NCBI RefSeq assembly: GCF_046119375.1
Contig: NW_027362771.1
Location: 507,656,001-507,720,000 of the forward strand
DNA: 64,000 bases
DNA from: Phyllobates terribilis
Lineage: Eukaryota
Direction of reading: 5' to 3'
Of the stretch, positions 38,653 to 51,900 are shown one piece after another. The position numbers were made by a program, and so were the translations under genes. The first letter of the stretch is position 1, and each line of letters opens with the position of its first letter. The notes beneath the pieces were generated by a model, which saw only the letters and a list, made by a program, of their open reading frames with translations, searched no databases and was not told where the DNA came from.

Positions 38653-40789
38653 TTTTTTTTTTTTTTTAACTAAATAACATCTATGATTTTCACCTAGAAA
38701 CTTGCCTCACTTTCTGATGGCATCCTGAATGAAAAAGGCCAACTTTTTCTTCATTTAGTGGTAATTCTGACAGTCACTTGCACACAATGCTTTTTTGCCT
38801 AGTGTGGTCATTACATCTGAGCTAGAAATGGTTAAAGAGCTGCCTCTCAAAAGATGAGGGTCACACACTACTCTCAAAAACAAGGGTCCACTGACTCCCC
38901 TATTCTGGGAAGTGTCTTGAGAACCCTAGTTCTGGAGATGCATAGATGGAGGTCCCACCTCTGGATATGCCTTTCATCAGACAGCCCCTGTAACTATAAC
39001 CTGCCAGCACCAATCCATCTGTGATTTATACTGCAGCCAGCAATGCTGTCTACTGGTGGATTAATGCCCTCCACACCACAGCTTTGCTTGTAGTCTTGCC
39101 AGGACAATGCTGCGTATAATTAAACTATATACAATTTAATCTTAGTTTTCTGAAATGCAATAATCCTATTGACTGCAATATACTCCCTTTGTTCTAAACT
39201 TTTATTTTAGATCAGGCAAAAATATTCCAATTTTTTAATTTTCATTTAAAAAAAATCTTCCCGAGTGTAGATATCACTGTTACACAAGTTATGGCGCCCC
39301 CCTGGGGTTCTTTTAATTTCTTTGCAGAACGTCTCCCAAATGCGCCCAGTGTCGATGGTCACATTTGCTCAGACTGGACACAGTCAACGCCTGGAGGACG
39401 CCATTGACCTTCAATAGGGCCTGTGGATACTGCACTAACTTTGCCTTAAAATATAACTCGTGGTCTGAACTCAGCCGCTAATACCTTTTCAATTTCTCAT
39501 TTTTGGATTTTATTACTTGAAAACACGACCTGTATTGATGTGAATTGAGACATCCGCCCTTCCTGCATAACTCAAAACTATTAAAACTGAGGTTCTGCCA
39601 TCCAAGCCTCCTTTGTTTTGAGCGTTTTTTTTTTTTTTTTTTCTTCTTCCTTAACATAGTTTTCATTTTGTGCTATCAGCAAAGCATACATACCACTATT
39701 ACAACAAATCCTGCCGGTAGTAATTGAACTGTTAACACCAATGTCAATAATTTTGAAATAAAGGAAAAATTAACAACCAAAGTCTTTTGTGTACTGAGCT
39801 GAACTAATGGGTTAAAGGGAATCTGTCAGCAGGATTTAGCCTCCCAATTTATTTATATGGGCATGTAGCTCCTTCAAAGACAAGTAAAGCCATAGCTTTC
39901 CATGGCCAGTCTGTTACTGAGAAATCAGTCTTAAATTGAGATGCAAATCAGGCTGAAGAGCCTCCCTTAATTTACAGGGAATCTGTGAGCATAAAACGAC
40001 TGTTCAAACCAAGCAGTTGATGTAACCTAACGGTTCAATGCACCTTCCCACCTATTTGTTTTCCATCTACCTCCACCTTCCTCTGACTTCATTGACAGCA
40101 CTTTGTATTAGCCAGAGGAGAGCGGCGTGGGTAGGAAGGTGCACTCAACAGTTCGGCCACACCATGGGTGCACCGAGCTGGCAATCCCTTTAATCTTGGA
40201 GCTAAAGAGGCTCTATCGTGTTGCCAAAATATCTTCAATTTACAGGATAAAACACCCCCACCTGTCGAAAACTTAATTGGCAAACACAAGACAATCCTGA
40301 GGATGACCAAATAATTCCATATTGAAGGGGTTGTCTGTAATGAGAAAACCTTTTAAAGTACTGCAAATTCAGTTTCAGAACCTACAGTAAAAGATTGGGT
40401 CATGCCTTACCTATGGCAAGTAAAACTTTATTACTTACGTAGATGCAAACATACCAAGAACATCTGATGATTTAGGATATATTTACATGAGACATTTTTT
40501 AGATCAACACTAAGGCAAAACGGAAAGATGTTTGTAAAAATTGCAGCGTTTTTGCCATGATTATTAAATATGTGACATAAAGCCCCATAAAGACAACTTC
40601 TGTAAATGTACCAAAACTGCAAGCATGGCTAGAAGCCACATTGTCATCTCATTACCATCACAGGCACCATTATAATGGAGGGTAATCCTTCTGTGGGCAA
40701 ACAAAATGGGGCATAGCGGGTAATGGAGAGCTCACCTCCTCCCACTTGATCTCTGCCCATGGCACAGTTTTCTTAGTCTTGTGTCCTAT

Positions 40790-40970
40790 TTAAAGTAAGG
40801 GAGAATAAATATTGACATCAAATGGAGGGGGTCGGAGAATTACATTTAATTAAAATGTGAGTCTCGGTTGCACAGAGTCCTCAAGGTCTGCGCCCTGTGT
40901 TGGGAATGTGGAGAAGAAGGCAACCTCCTGCACGTCTTAAGGTCTTGTGGCATAATTCTGGCTTAATAGC
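40790..40970 (+). mobile_element. L1 ORF2 3' fragment (target of the Gypsy insertion)
   Basis: LCWECGEEGNLLHVLRSC resembles the L1 C-terminal CCHC-like motif. Confidence 0.5.
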
Positions 40971-42136
40971 TGTAGCGCCGGCGTCCCTGCCCTCTGCTAG
41001 GCAGGGACGCTGTTCCCCTCACCCCTCTGCTCCGAGCCCGGCGTCCTCCTCCCGCTCTGCTGGCAGCGCACGCTCCTTCCCGGCCACTGTGCTTAGGGCG
41101 CGCGCTCCCTCCCTCTTAAAGGGGCCGCGCGCGCCGTCCTAAGGAGTCCCCGGCCAATGGCCGGAGGACTTCACCATATTTAAGGCACCTCCTCCAAAAT
41201 GGAGGTGCCCGAGCAATGTTGTTGCACTGTTCACTACTCTGCTTCAGCCCTCAGGTCCCGTTGCCAGTTACCTGCCAGAAACCTGCCAGTTTGCTGTCTG
41301 TTTCCTGCCTGACATTCCTCCTACCTGCTTGCTAGCCTGAGGTCCGACGGTCTGCCTTCCTACTCCTGTCAGTCTGTCTATGGACCAGCTTGCCCGCTCA
41401 CCTGGGAGCGCACATCTGCTACCTGCCTGCTAGCCTACCTGGAGGCTCTGCCGTCACGTGCTGTGACCTCCTGCCATTCCAGAGACTCCTGCCCGCTCAC
41501 CTGGGAGCGCTCATCTGCTGCCTGTCTGCTAGCCTACCTGGAGGCTCCGCCGTCACGTGCTGTGACCACCTGCCATTCCAGAGACTCCTGCCCGCTCACC
41601 TGGGAGCGCTCATCTGCTGCCTGTCTGTTGGCCTACCTGGAGGCTCCGCCGTCACATGCTGTGACCACCCGTTTATCCAGAGACTCTCGCTTGCTCACCT
41701 GGGGGCACACATCTACCATCTGCCTGCTAGCCTACCTGGAGGCTCAGCCATTACAGGTCGTACCTACCCTTTACCCAGAGACTGCCCCGGTCACTTGCCG
41801 TGACCTCCTGCCCGTTCATCCAGAGACTGCCCCGGTCACTTGCTGTGACCCCCTGCCCGTTCATCCAGAGACTGCCCCGGTCACTTGCCGTGACCCCCTG
41901 CCCGTTCATCCAGAGACTGCCCCGGTCACTTGCCGTGACCCCCTGCCCGTTCATCCAGAGACTACCCCGGTCCCTTGCCGTGACCTCCAGCCCGTTCACC
42001 CAGAGACTGTCCCGGTCACCTGCTGTGACTGCCTGCCCGTCTTCCCTGGTCGCCACCCGCTCCCTTACAAGGACCGCCCCCTTGTATAGTAGCTCAGAGG
42101 TTCCGCCTCCCAGACTCGTTACAGTTTGCTCGGGCC

Positions 42137-43080
42137 ATGGAACCCGGTGGCACCCAAGCTCCCTCACTCTCGGACCTGTGTCATGAACTGTCCCGTCAGA
42201 GGTCCCAACAGGAGTCCATCCTGGGTCACCTGCGGAATGTCAATTCTCGCCTGGACACTCTGACTGCTCCACCAGCAACCACCGCCAGTGCCATGACTCG
42301 CAATCCGGCAGCTCCGCTGCCCACCAATACTATGGTATCCTACCCCGGCTTTCTGCACCTCCTCGCTTCGGAGGCGACTCCGCTCAGGCTCGGGGCTTTA
42401 TAAATCAGTGCACCCTAAACTTTGAACTCCTGTCCCACCAGTTTAACTCCGACCGGGCCAAAATTGCCTTCATCATGTCCCATCTCACCGGGGAGGCCCT
42501 GGCCTGGCTAAATCCTCTATGGGAGAGAGGAGACCCCCTGGTGTCCGACTTGCCTGCCTTTCTCATGGCTTTCCGGAAAGTCTTCGACGAACCTGGACGG
42601 AAGACCTCATCCGCATCATCTCTGCTACGCCTCTGTCAGGGAAGTCTCACCGTGGGCCAATATGCCATACGGTTCCGTACCCTTGCCTCGGAGCTGGCCT
42701 GGGATAACGGCGCTCTGGTATCTGTCTTCTGGGAGGGTCTGTCCGGCCGTATTAAAGATGAACTTGCCGGTCGAGACATTCCTACCACTCTCGATGACCT
42801 AATAACTCTTGCCACCCGGATTGACCTACGGTTCCAGGAGCGTGCCAAAGAAGTCACCCGTGAGAGGAGGTTTCCACGTCTAGCTCCTACTTTTCAGAAA
42901 TCCGTCACTCCCTCCGTTTCTCCCCAGGTACACTCTCCTGAGCCTATGCAGGTCGACCAGACCAAGATGGTCAAAACCCGTCAGGACTTACGCCGTGCCG
43001 AGGGGAGCTGCTTCTACTGTGGCAGTAAGGAGCACCGGATCCGTACCTGCCCGGAGAGGTCAGGAAATGCCTGTGTCTAG
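42137..43080 (+). CDS. Gypsy gag (PEG10/RTL-like capsid plus CCHC knuckle), one frameshift near 42340
   Basis: ORF 42137-42403 shifts -1 at a C run into the frame of ORF 42475-43080. Confidence 0.85.
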
Positions 43081-46000
43081 GTTCGCTCAGAGAGGTCGAC
43101 CTAGACAAGAATAAATCCTCTCCATCTCTGCTGCTGTCAGTCTCAATTATCTGCGGGGAGAATCGTTATTTCGAACTAGCCCAACTTGACTCTGGAGCGG
43201 CCGGGAATCTTATTTCACAGGCCCTGGTAGAAAAATACCGCATTCCCACCAAACCTCTGGCTATACCATTATCTGTCGCTGCTGTGGATGGGGGCCTCTT
43301 ACCACGTCCCATCCAACTCATCACCGAATCCGTAACTTTGCAGGTGGGAATGCTGCATTCTGAGAGCATCTCTTTTCATGTTCTGCCTGGACTCTCTCAC
43401 GCCCTCTTACTAGGTCTACCTTGGCTCCAGAGACATGCACCCGTGCTTGACTGGCAGACCGGAGAAGTCCTTCGCTGGGGACAGGACTGTCATAAGACTT
43501 GTTTGGTTCCTGTTCATCCCGCCCGTCCTTCTCCTACCCCAACTAATCTACCTGGACTTCCGATTCCCTATTGGTCATTTGCTGATGTCTTTAATAAAAA
43601 GGAGGCAGAGACATTACCCCCTCATAGACCATACGACTGTCCTATCGACCTGTTACCCGGTACTACGCCTCCCCGTGGGCGTATTTACCCATTGTCCGCT
43701 GCTGAGACCCGGTCGATGTCCGAATATATTGAGGAGAATTTGGCCAGGGGATTCATCCGGAAATCTACCTCCCCGGCGGGAGCAGGCTTCTTTTTCGTAA
43801 AAAAAGAAGGACGGCTCTCTCCGTCCCTGTATAGACTATAGAGGCCTTAACCAGATCACGGTGAAGAATAAGTACCCCCTTCCGCTCATTCCAGAATTAT
43901 TTGATCGTCTGAGGGGGGCTAGAATCTTCACCAAACTGGACCTCCGTGGGGCGTACAACCTGGTCCGTATCCGTCAAGGGGATGAATGGAAGACTGCATT
44001 CAACACCCGGGACGGCCACTATGAATATCTGGTAATGCCCTTTGGTCTCTGTAACGCTCCTGCCGTCTTTCAAGAGTTGGTCAATGACATCTTCCGGGAC
44101 CTTCTCTACTCCTGCGTAGTGGTGTACCTGGACGACATCTTGGTCTTCTCTCCGGATCTCCAGACTCACCGGAGAGACGTTCGTCAGGTCCTGCTCAGGC
44201 TCAGGCAGAATCACCTCTTCGCTAAATATGAGAAGTGCCTCTTTGAGCAGACCTCGCTTCCGTTTTTGGGCTACATTATTTCTCAGACCGGCCTACGAAT
44301 GGATCCAGAGAAACTGTCTGCCATCGAGAAATGGCCCCGACCGGAGGGGTTGAAGGCCATTCAGCGGTTCCTGGGCTTCGCCAACTACTACCGCCTCTTC
44401 ATACCGCACTTCTCTTCCCGGACTGCCCCAATTTCCGCGCTCACCCGTAAGGGCACTAATCCCAGAGAGTGGCCGCCCGAAGCAGAGGAGGCCTTTCTTT
44501 CCTTAAAACAGGCCTTCTCTTCCGCCCCGGTGCTGCATCGCCCAGATGGCAACAAGCAGTTCTTCCTGGAGGTTGACGCCTCCTCCTCTGGAGCCGGAGC
44601 GGTACTTACCCAAAAATCATCTTCCGGGAGAATGGTAACTTGTGGCTTCTTCTCCAAACTCTTCTGAGCGCAACTATTCCATAGGAGATCGAGAGTTATT
44701 GGCCATCAAGCTGGCATTGGAGGAGTGGCGTTACCTGCTCGAAGGGGCTCTTCACCCGGTAATTTACACTGACCACAAGAACTTGGCTTACCTCCAGCAT
44801 GCCCAGAGACTTAACCCGCGCCAAGCTCGGTGGTCCTTGTTTTTTGCTCGCTTTGATTTTATTCTTCATTTTCGCCCGGCTGACAAAAACATCAAGGCGG
44901 ACGCCTTGTCCCGATCCTTTCTGGTGTCTGATCTCGAGGAAGAACCGAAACACATCATCGATCCCGCCAGAGTAATGCAGGTGGCTCCCGTGAGTCTAAA
45001 TCGTCTCCCTCCCGGTAAGACGTTCGTATCAGTACCTGATCGGGAGAAGATCCTACACTGGGGTCACTCGTCTAAACTAGCTGGCCACGCCGGTCAGAAA
45101 AAGACCCTCCAGCTTATTACCCGGCACTACTGGTGGCCTACCCTGCACAAGGACGTAATAGACTTTGTTTCTGCCTGTGTGTCCTGCGCTCGCAACAAGG
45201 TTCCGAGACATCTGCCAGCCGGTCGCCTCCTTCCGCTCCCAGTACCTGCTGCCCCCTGGCAGCATATAGCAATGGACTTTATAACTGATCTCCCCGTCTC
45301 TGCCGGTTGTACGGTCATTTGGGTGGTCGCTGACCGCTTTTCCAAGATGGCTCATTTCGTTCCCCTGCCAGGCCTCCCGTCTGCACCCGAGCTGGCTAAA
45401 GACTTTATCCGCCACATCTTCCGTCTTCATGGCCTGCCCCTCCACATCGTGTCGGATCGTGGGGTACAGTTCACCTCACGCTTCTGGAGAGCCACTTGTA
45501 AACTGCTAGACGTCACCCTGGACTTCTCCTCCGCTTACCACCCACAGTCTAATGGTCAAGTGGAGCGGATCAATCAGAACCTGACCAGTTACCTCCGGCA
45601 CTTCGTTAATGCCCACCATTCAGACTGGGTGGATCTCCTGCCATGGGCCGAATTTTCTTACAACAATCACGAGAGCGAATCTTCCTCCAAATCCCCGTTT
45701 TTTGTTGTCTTCGGTCAGCATCCTCGGATCCCATTTCCCGTCTCCACCTCGGTGGACAATCCGGCTGCGGAATCTCTTGTTAACAAATTTTCCTCCATAT
45801 GGGAGAGTACCCGATCCGCACTCCTTCTGTCATCCGAGCGTATGAAAAGACATGCTGACAAAAAACGTCTGGATCCTCCTCAATTCCGTCCAGGGGATAA
45901 GGTCTGGCTCTCGTCCAAGTATGTCCGGCTCAAGATTCCTTCCTATAAGTTAGGGCCTCGGTTCATCGGTCCTCTGGAGGTCATCAGTCAGATCAACCCG

Positions 46001-46540
46001 GTGGCCTATAAATTGAAACTCCCGGCCAACTTGCGGATCCCTAACTCCTTCCATGTATCTCTCCTCAAACCTGTGGTACTTAACTCTTTTTCCAAGTCTA
46101 CAGGTACGCCTCCTGCTCCGGTTTCCGCTGAAAACGAATTTGAGGTAGAGAACTTTCTGGCCACCAAAAGGGTAAGAGGGAAGACCTTTTTTCTAGTAGA
46201 TTGGAAGGGGTTTGGTCCTGAAGAGAGAACGTGGGAGCCCCGGGAGAACATCCATGCCCCTCTCATCCTAGCTAAATTTCTCTCTGGCCTAAAAAAGGGG
46301 GGGCCTAAAGGGGGGGGGGGTACTGTAGCGCCGGCGTCCCTGCCCTCTGCTAGGCAGGGATGCTGTTCCCCTCACCCCTCTGCTCCGAGCCCGGCGTCCT
46401 CCTCCCGCTCTGCTGGCAGTGCGCGCTCCTTCCCGGCCACTGTGCTTAGGGCGCGCGCGCGCTCCCTCCATCTTAAAGGGGCCGCGCGCGCCGTCCTAAG
46501 GAGTCCCCGGCCAATGGCTGGAGGACTTCACCATATTTAA
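43062..46540 (+). CDS. Gypsy pol (PR-RT-RH-IN-chromo) in the -1 frame to gag, with two disruptions
   Basis: Open from 43062 through LDSGA. There is a +1 A in the A run at ~43800 and a small deletion at ~44660. ORFs 43284-43841, 43861-44667 and 44642-46540. Confidence 0.9.
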
Positions 46541-47545
46541 GGCACCTCCTCCAAAATGGAGGTGCCCGAGCAATGTTGTTGCACTGTTCACTACTCTGCT
46601 TCAGCCCTCAGGTCCCGTTGCCAGTTACCTGCCAGAAACCTGCCAGTTTGCTGTCTGTTTCCTGCCTGACATTCCTCCTACCTGCTTGCTAGCCTGAGGT
46701 CCGACGGTCTGCCTTCCTACTCCTGTCAGTCTGTCTATGGACCAGCTTGCCCGCTCACCTGGGAGCGCACATCTGCTACCTGCCTGCTAGCCTACCTGGA
46801 GGCTCCGCCGTCACGTGCTGTGACCACCTGCCATTCCAGAGACTCCTGCCCGCTCACCTGGGAGCGCTCATCTGCTGCCTGTCTGCTAGCCTACCTGGAG
46901 GCTCCGCCGTCACGTGCTGTGACCACCTGCCATTCCAGAGACTCCTGCCCGCTCACCTGGGAGCGCTCATCTGCTGCCTGTCTGTTGGCCTACCTGGAGG
47001 CTCCGCCGTCACATGCTGTGACCACCCATTTATCCAGAGACTCTCGCTTGCTCACCTGGGAGCACACATCTACCATCTGCCTGCTAGCCTACCTGGAGGC
47101 TCAGCCATCACAGGTCGTACCTACCCTTTACCCAGAGACTGCCCCGGTCACTTGCCGTGACCTCCTGCCCGTTCATCCAGAGACTGCCCCGGTCACTTGC
47201 CGTGACCCCCTGTCCGTTCATCCAGAGACTGCCCCAGTCACTTGCCGTGACCCCCTGCCCGTTCATCCAGAGACTGCCCCGGTCACTTGCCGTGACCCCC
47301 TGCCCGTTCATCCAGAGACTACCCTGGTCCCTTGCCGTGACCTCCAGCCCGTTCACCCAGAGACTGTCCCGGTCACCTGCTGTGACTGCCTGCCCGTCTT
47401 CCCTGGTCGCCACCCGCTCCCTTACAAGGACCGCCCCCTTGTATAGTAGCTCAGAGGTTCCGCCTCCCAGACCCGTTACAATAGCGATCAGATTGCTGGA
47501 TGACCTCTGCAGGATGATGTTGGGCTTTTCTTCTATCCTGCAGCA

Positions 47546-48137
47546 TCCTCCCTGTTTAGAAATAAACTAGATGGTGGCCCGATTCTAACGCATCGGGTAT
47601 TCTAGAATATGTATGCGGCCGACCAATCAGAGAAGCGGTGTTTTAAATTTTGCACCAATATCGCTGATTGGTCGCAGCCGGGCGGCTGCGACCAATCAGC
47701 GAAGCATGTTTCAAATCTGGCGCCAATTCGCGGCCGGACTGCGCTCGTTGCTGATTGGTCTCGGCCGGCGGCCGCCACCAATCAGGACAGTGGTGTTCTC
47801 AATTTCGCGCCAATATCGCTGATTGATTGGTCGCGGCACGAACCGTGTTAGTGAGGACCGGGGAGCGGCACTGCCTGTGCGGGTACTTCCGCTGCGAGCA
47901 GCTGGGAGATGACCGGCTGGCGCCGGACATCTCCCGGCTGCATCGCCGCTGACCTCTATGCGGCTACCGTCAGATCAGCGGCTAGGGCCGCTGATCTCCC
48001 GACAGCAGGTGTGAAGGGAGGACCGGGGAGCGGCGCCGCCTAGGCCGCTGGTCGGGGTACTTCTGCCGTGGCCGGACCAATCAGCGACGCTGGATTTCCT
48101 GGACGGACAGACGGGATAAGCCGATTATATAGTAGAT
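47546..48137. mobile_element. Non-autonomous element with AACTAGATGG...TATATAGTAGAT ends (possibly Helentron-associated), CCAAT-rich
   Basis: Characteristic termini and a GC-rich body with about 8 CCAAT/ATTGG motifs. The superfamily assignment is inference. Confidence 0.4.
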
Positions 48138-48174
48138 TCTCCCTTCTTAGACATCTTAATGCCACAAACACTTT

Positions 48175-48807
48175 TGTACCAGTGCTCTGAAAATACATGA
48201 CTGCATTGGGTACTAGTGCTGTACATCTCAGCTGTCTATGCCCATTCTCTTTGATGCTCAGTAGTAAAGCAGTAGTTTGCAATTGGTTTTCTGGTACTTG
48301 GATGAGGTCTTGTGTGTTAGAATTGGTGAGATTTTGCCACAACAGTCTAAGTGGTGTGGTAGATCGGTCACTCAGCTGCACATGGAGGTAGACACAGGTA
48401 TGCTGTCTCTTTAAATTTCTTGTTAGTTTATTAAAGTGCAGCATAAACCAATATTGAGTCCATAAAAGAAAAAACTGCCCTCTGAGCAAAAACAGGAAAA
48501 CAAAACAAAATGGTAACATAAAGCACAGTCCTTGTGGTAGCCGGGATCCGCCTGCTCAGAGTTCAGCAACTCCGCATGGTTCAGGTCAGCTGAACACAAA
48601 CATGTCTTGAGTTACTCTCTCCAGACCTACTAAACACCAAATGCCTCAGCAGGCAGAGTATTTAAATCCCAGACCACACCCTGGGGTGGAGATATGGTGA
48701 ACGACCTCCCACCCGCTCTGTAGTCGTTCACTCAAACTGGCCCATTTAAATATGGCTTATTAACCCTCTCAGCACATACCATGCAGGAGAAGACTACATG
48801 TGTCACA
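48175..48807 (-). mobile_element. Probable solo LTR-like repeat
   Basis: TG...CA-like ends, minus-strand TTTAAATA and AATAAA. No TSD found. Confidence 0.35.
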
Positions 48808-48936
48808 GCTGTGTAAAAGCAGCGACACGTGCAGCCGCGGCGGCTGCAACTGCAAGGCCGAGCACGCCAAAACTACTTGTCGAGTACCCGAGCGTACTCG
48901 TTTAAAGGATTAAACGAGCACGCTCACTCCTCACTA

Positions 48937-51900
48937 ATTAACATACATAATAAATAATACATAATGAAACAGTTTGTCATTCTAATACAGAACATTACAA
49001 AAACATTTTTACAAAACAATGGGCATATCCAACTTGTCATTCAGTCCCAGTGGACCTTGGGCATTTGTATTTAAAATCAATCTAGCTTCTTTTCTCAACA
49101 GCATTAAATTGTGATTGCCTCCTCTTTTAGGAAAATTTACTTTAGCTATCACTGCAAACCGCAAGAGATCAGGATTACTCCCATGAACCTCTTTCATGTG
49201 TTTTATTAACCTGGGTGCTCCCTTGCCAGAGGTGATAGAATTATAATGCTCCCTAAATCTCACAAACAGGGGGAGTATTGTTTTTCCTACATAAAAGAAT
49301 TTACTGGGACAAAAGATTACGTAAACTATATGTGTGGTTCTGCAAGAAATGAAATAATTGACACGGCACTCTACAGCTCCCAGCTGAAGTACACTGTCAG
49401 TCAGGTGTAGATGGTAAAATTACCCACCGGGAATGTGTCTTTCTAACCATTTTTTATTGTCCTCCTCCAATCTATTCCTAACTAATAAGTCTTTCAGATT
49501 TTTACATCTTTTGTACGACATAACAGGTTTTATTATCGCTCTATCACTTTCTGGTAAACGCCAATTTCTACGTACTGCCGATTTAATAATTTTGTCCATA
49601 TTAGTATGTTTAAAACTGAACACAAATTTACCCATTTTTTTCTGCATTTGATTCTTATTAAAAATCAGCTCATGTTGTGAATTTTCTGCTGCTCTTTCTA
49701 AAAGTTGAGAAAGTTAGATTTCAGCTCCATAGCTTGTTTTTGAAATGTTTCCTCGTTGTTATTGATTTTGCGTATCCGCAACAGCGAATTAGTAGCAGTT
49801 GGTTTTTTTGTAGGTTTCTGTGTGAATCCTACCGTCTTTAACATCCAAGAACTCTAATGTAATACCGCCCCAATTAGCAGTAAAACTCATATTTTCGGTG
49901 TTGCTCTCATTTTAAATATTTTACAAAACCTGCAAAATCTTCCCGTCGTCCTGCCCATACAATAAATACGTCATCCACATATCTAAAGTATGCACGGACG
50001 TATTTAATGTAAGGGTTATTGATATTAGTGATGTATTTTTCTTCAAAAGTTGCCAAGAACAGATTTGCAGAAGTCCATGCGACAGGTGTCCCCATTGCTG
50101 TCCTGACTTCTTGTTGGTACCATTTTTTTACCAAATTTAAATGAATTGTGGGACAACACAAAATCCAGTGCTTCAGTCACAAAATTAATGAAATCTTGTT
50201 CCTTATTCAAGTTTTCCAATATAGTTCTTATTGCCTCTATACCTATTTTTTTGCGGGATACAGGTATACAAGGTTTCAATATCTATTGAGGCAAGAGTAA
50301 AATCCTCCTGCCAATCTATGGTGTACAAAGCTTTTAAAAAATCTCCAGTATCTTTCAGATATAAAGGGACACTTATTAGAATGGGTCGCAGTAACCAATC
50401 TAGATACTTTGAGAGAGGTTCTGTAATAGACCCAATCCCCGACGGGCGTCAAGGATTTGTGGAGTTTTGAAATGTAGTACCAATAACGTTTATATGGATA
50501 CATGGAGTAATTTGGTAACTGTTTTATTGGACCGTATCCCTTTCTCTAGCTGTTGTCTTAGAAATGTACGCCGTTGATTTTTATACCTGAGTTGGGTCAT
50601 ATTTCAATACGGCATAAGTTCTGTCGTCAGAAAGCGGTCTACTAGCCTCTCGTAAATAATCCTCTTTCCTTAGTAGTACGATATTGCCGCCTTTTCTCAC
50701 TACTGTATCAAACCAGGATTTAATTTCATTTAAGGCTTTTATTTCTCCTTCAGATAGAATGCTAATAGATTTGTTATAAACACAGCTTCCACGTCTTTAA
50801 TGACTCTGTCCTGAAATAAATCAATAGTATTGCCTGGACTAATATGCGGCATGTACGTGGATTTTACTCCCCCTGTGAAGAATTGAGAAATAGGTGTAGC
50901 GGAGGCTACTCTGTGCTCCACATTTTCGGGGTCTTCTATGCTCATCAGTAGATCTACCTCTATCGGATCTATATAAGTAGCAATACTGAAACCTAGGGGA
51001 TTAGGAGTTACCGGACTCTCGCCTACCAGAGATTTTTTAGTATCATTTTTCTGTTGTTTAAAAGCCTTAAAAAGATATAATTTCCTAAAATCTATAAATA
51101 ACTATTTTGATTTCAGTGATGTCAAAAGAGTCTGGTATACAAAAATGTAATCTTTTAGATAATAATGTCATATGGTTCTTATTGAGCTGGTGGTCCGTGA
51201 GATTTATAACTTTGTCTAGTTTCTCCATGAGACTTGTTTCCACTACTTCCAGGACCTCCTTCCCCCCTCCTCTTCTGGTCCGTTTCCTAAAGGGAGTGAT
51301 GTTAGATGTTGAAGTATCCATCTCCAAAAATTCCATGTTCCGATCCGCCATACTGGCGCTAGAGTCTGAGTCGGTCGTCCATCCAGCTCTATTAGACCGC
51401 TTTCTTTTAAAGAATTTGGATGGTCTATTCCTGTTTGCCAATTTATTCCTGTTACTCTGTCTGTTCCTATTGTTCACATTTTTATTCCAGGAGAAAACCT
51501 GTGCATTGTCAGTCATTTTTGTCCCCAAAAAATTTTTTTTTCCTCTCCTTGATCTCTGCTTGCAGTGGGATTAACTTATTGTCCAATTTTGTCAAGACAG
51601 ATTTAAATTGATTCTCCATGTGCCTCATTTTTAATTCTGCTTTAGCTTTTTCCATCTCCGTCATTAAGGACAAATATTCGGTTTCATTTTGTAGTAACAC
51701 TAGTCTCAGAAATCTTTGCGAGTATTCCAAATGGATTTGCTCCCACTCTTTACAGAACTCGGCATGGTCCTGAAATTGGGAGATTTCCTTAAAAATCCAA
51801 AGACCACGTGGGACGTGTGCTGATTCGTCATATGCTTTGTGACTCAATAGTCCAAAATAATCTAATTTCTTTCTCTGATAAGACATTAATTTTATTTTCC

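Larger units (their letters stand above)
40971..47480 (+). mobile_element. Full-length chromodomain Ty3/Gypsy LTR retrotransposon (Tf1/sushi group)
   Basis: LTRs at 40971-42123 and 46324-47480 (TG...CA), TSD ATAGC on both sides, and a PPT at 46307-46320. Gag has CFYCGSKEHRIRTC, PR has LDSGA, RT has YLDD, RNase H has VDAS, IN has HHCC and D,D,E, and the chromodomain reads FEVENFL...FLVDWKGFGPEERTWEP. Confidence 0.97.

Noticed and set aside
41770-42030. Regularly spaced direct repeats (also 62244-62520) superficially like a CRISPR array
   Set aside because: The units are contiguous with no unique spacers, there are no cas genes, and the context is eukaryotic.
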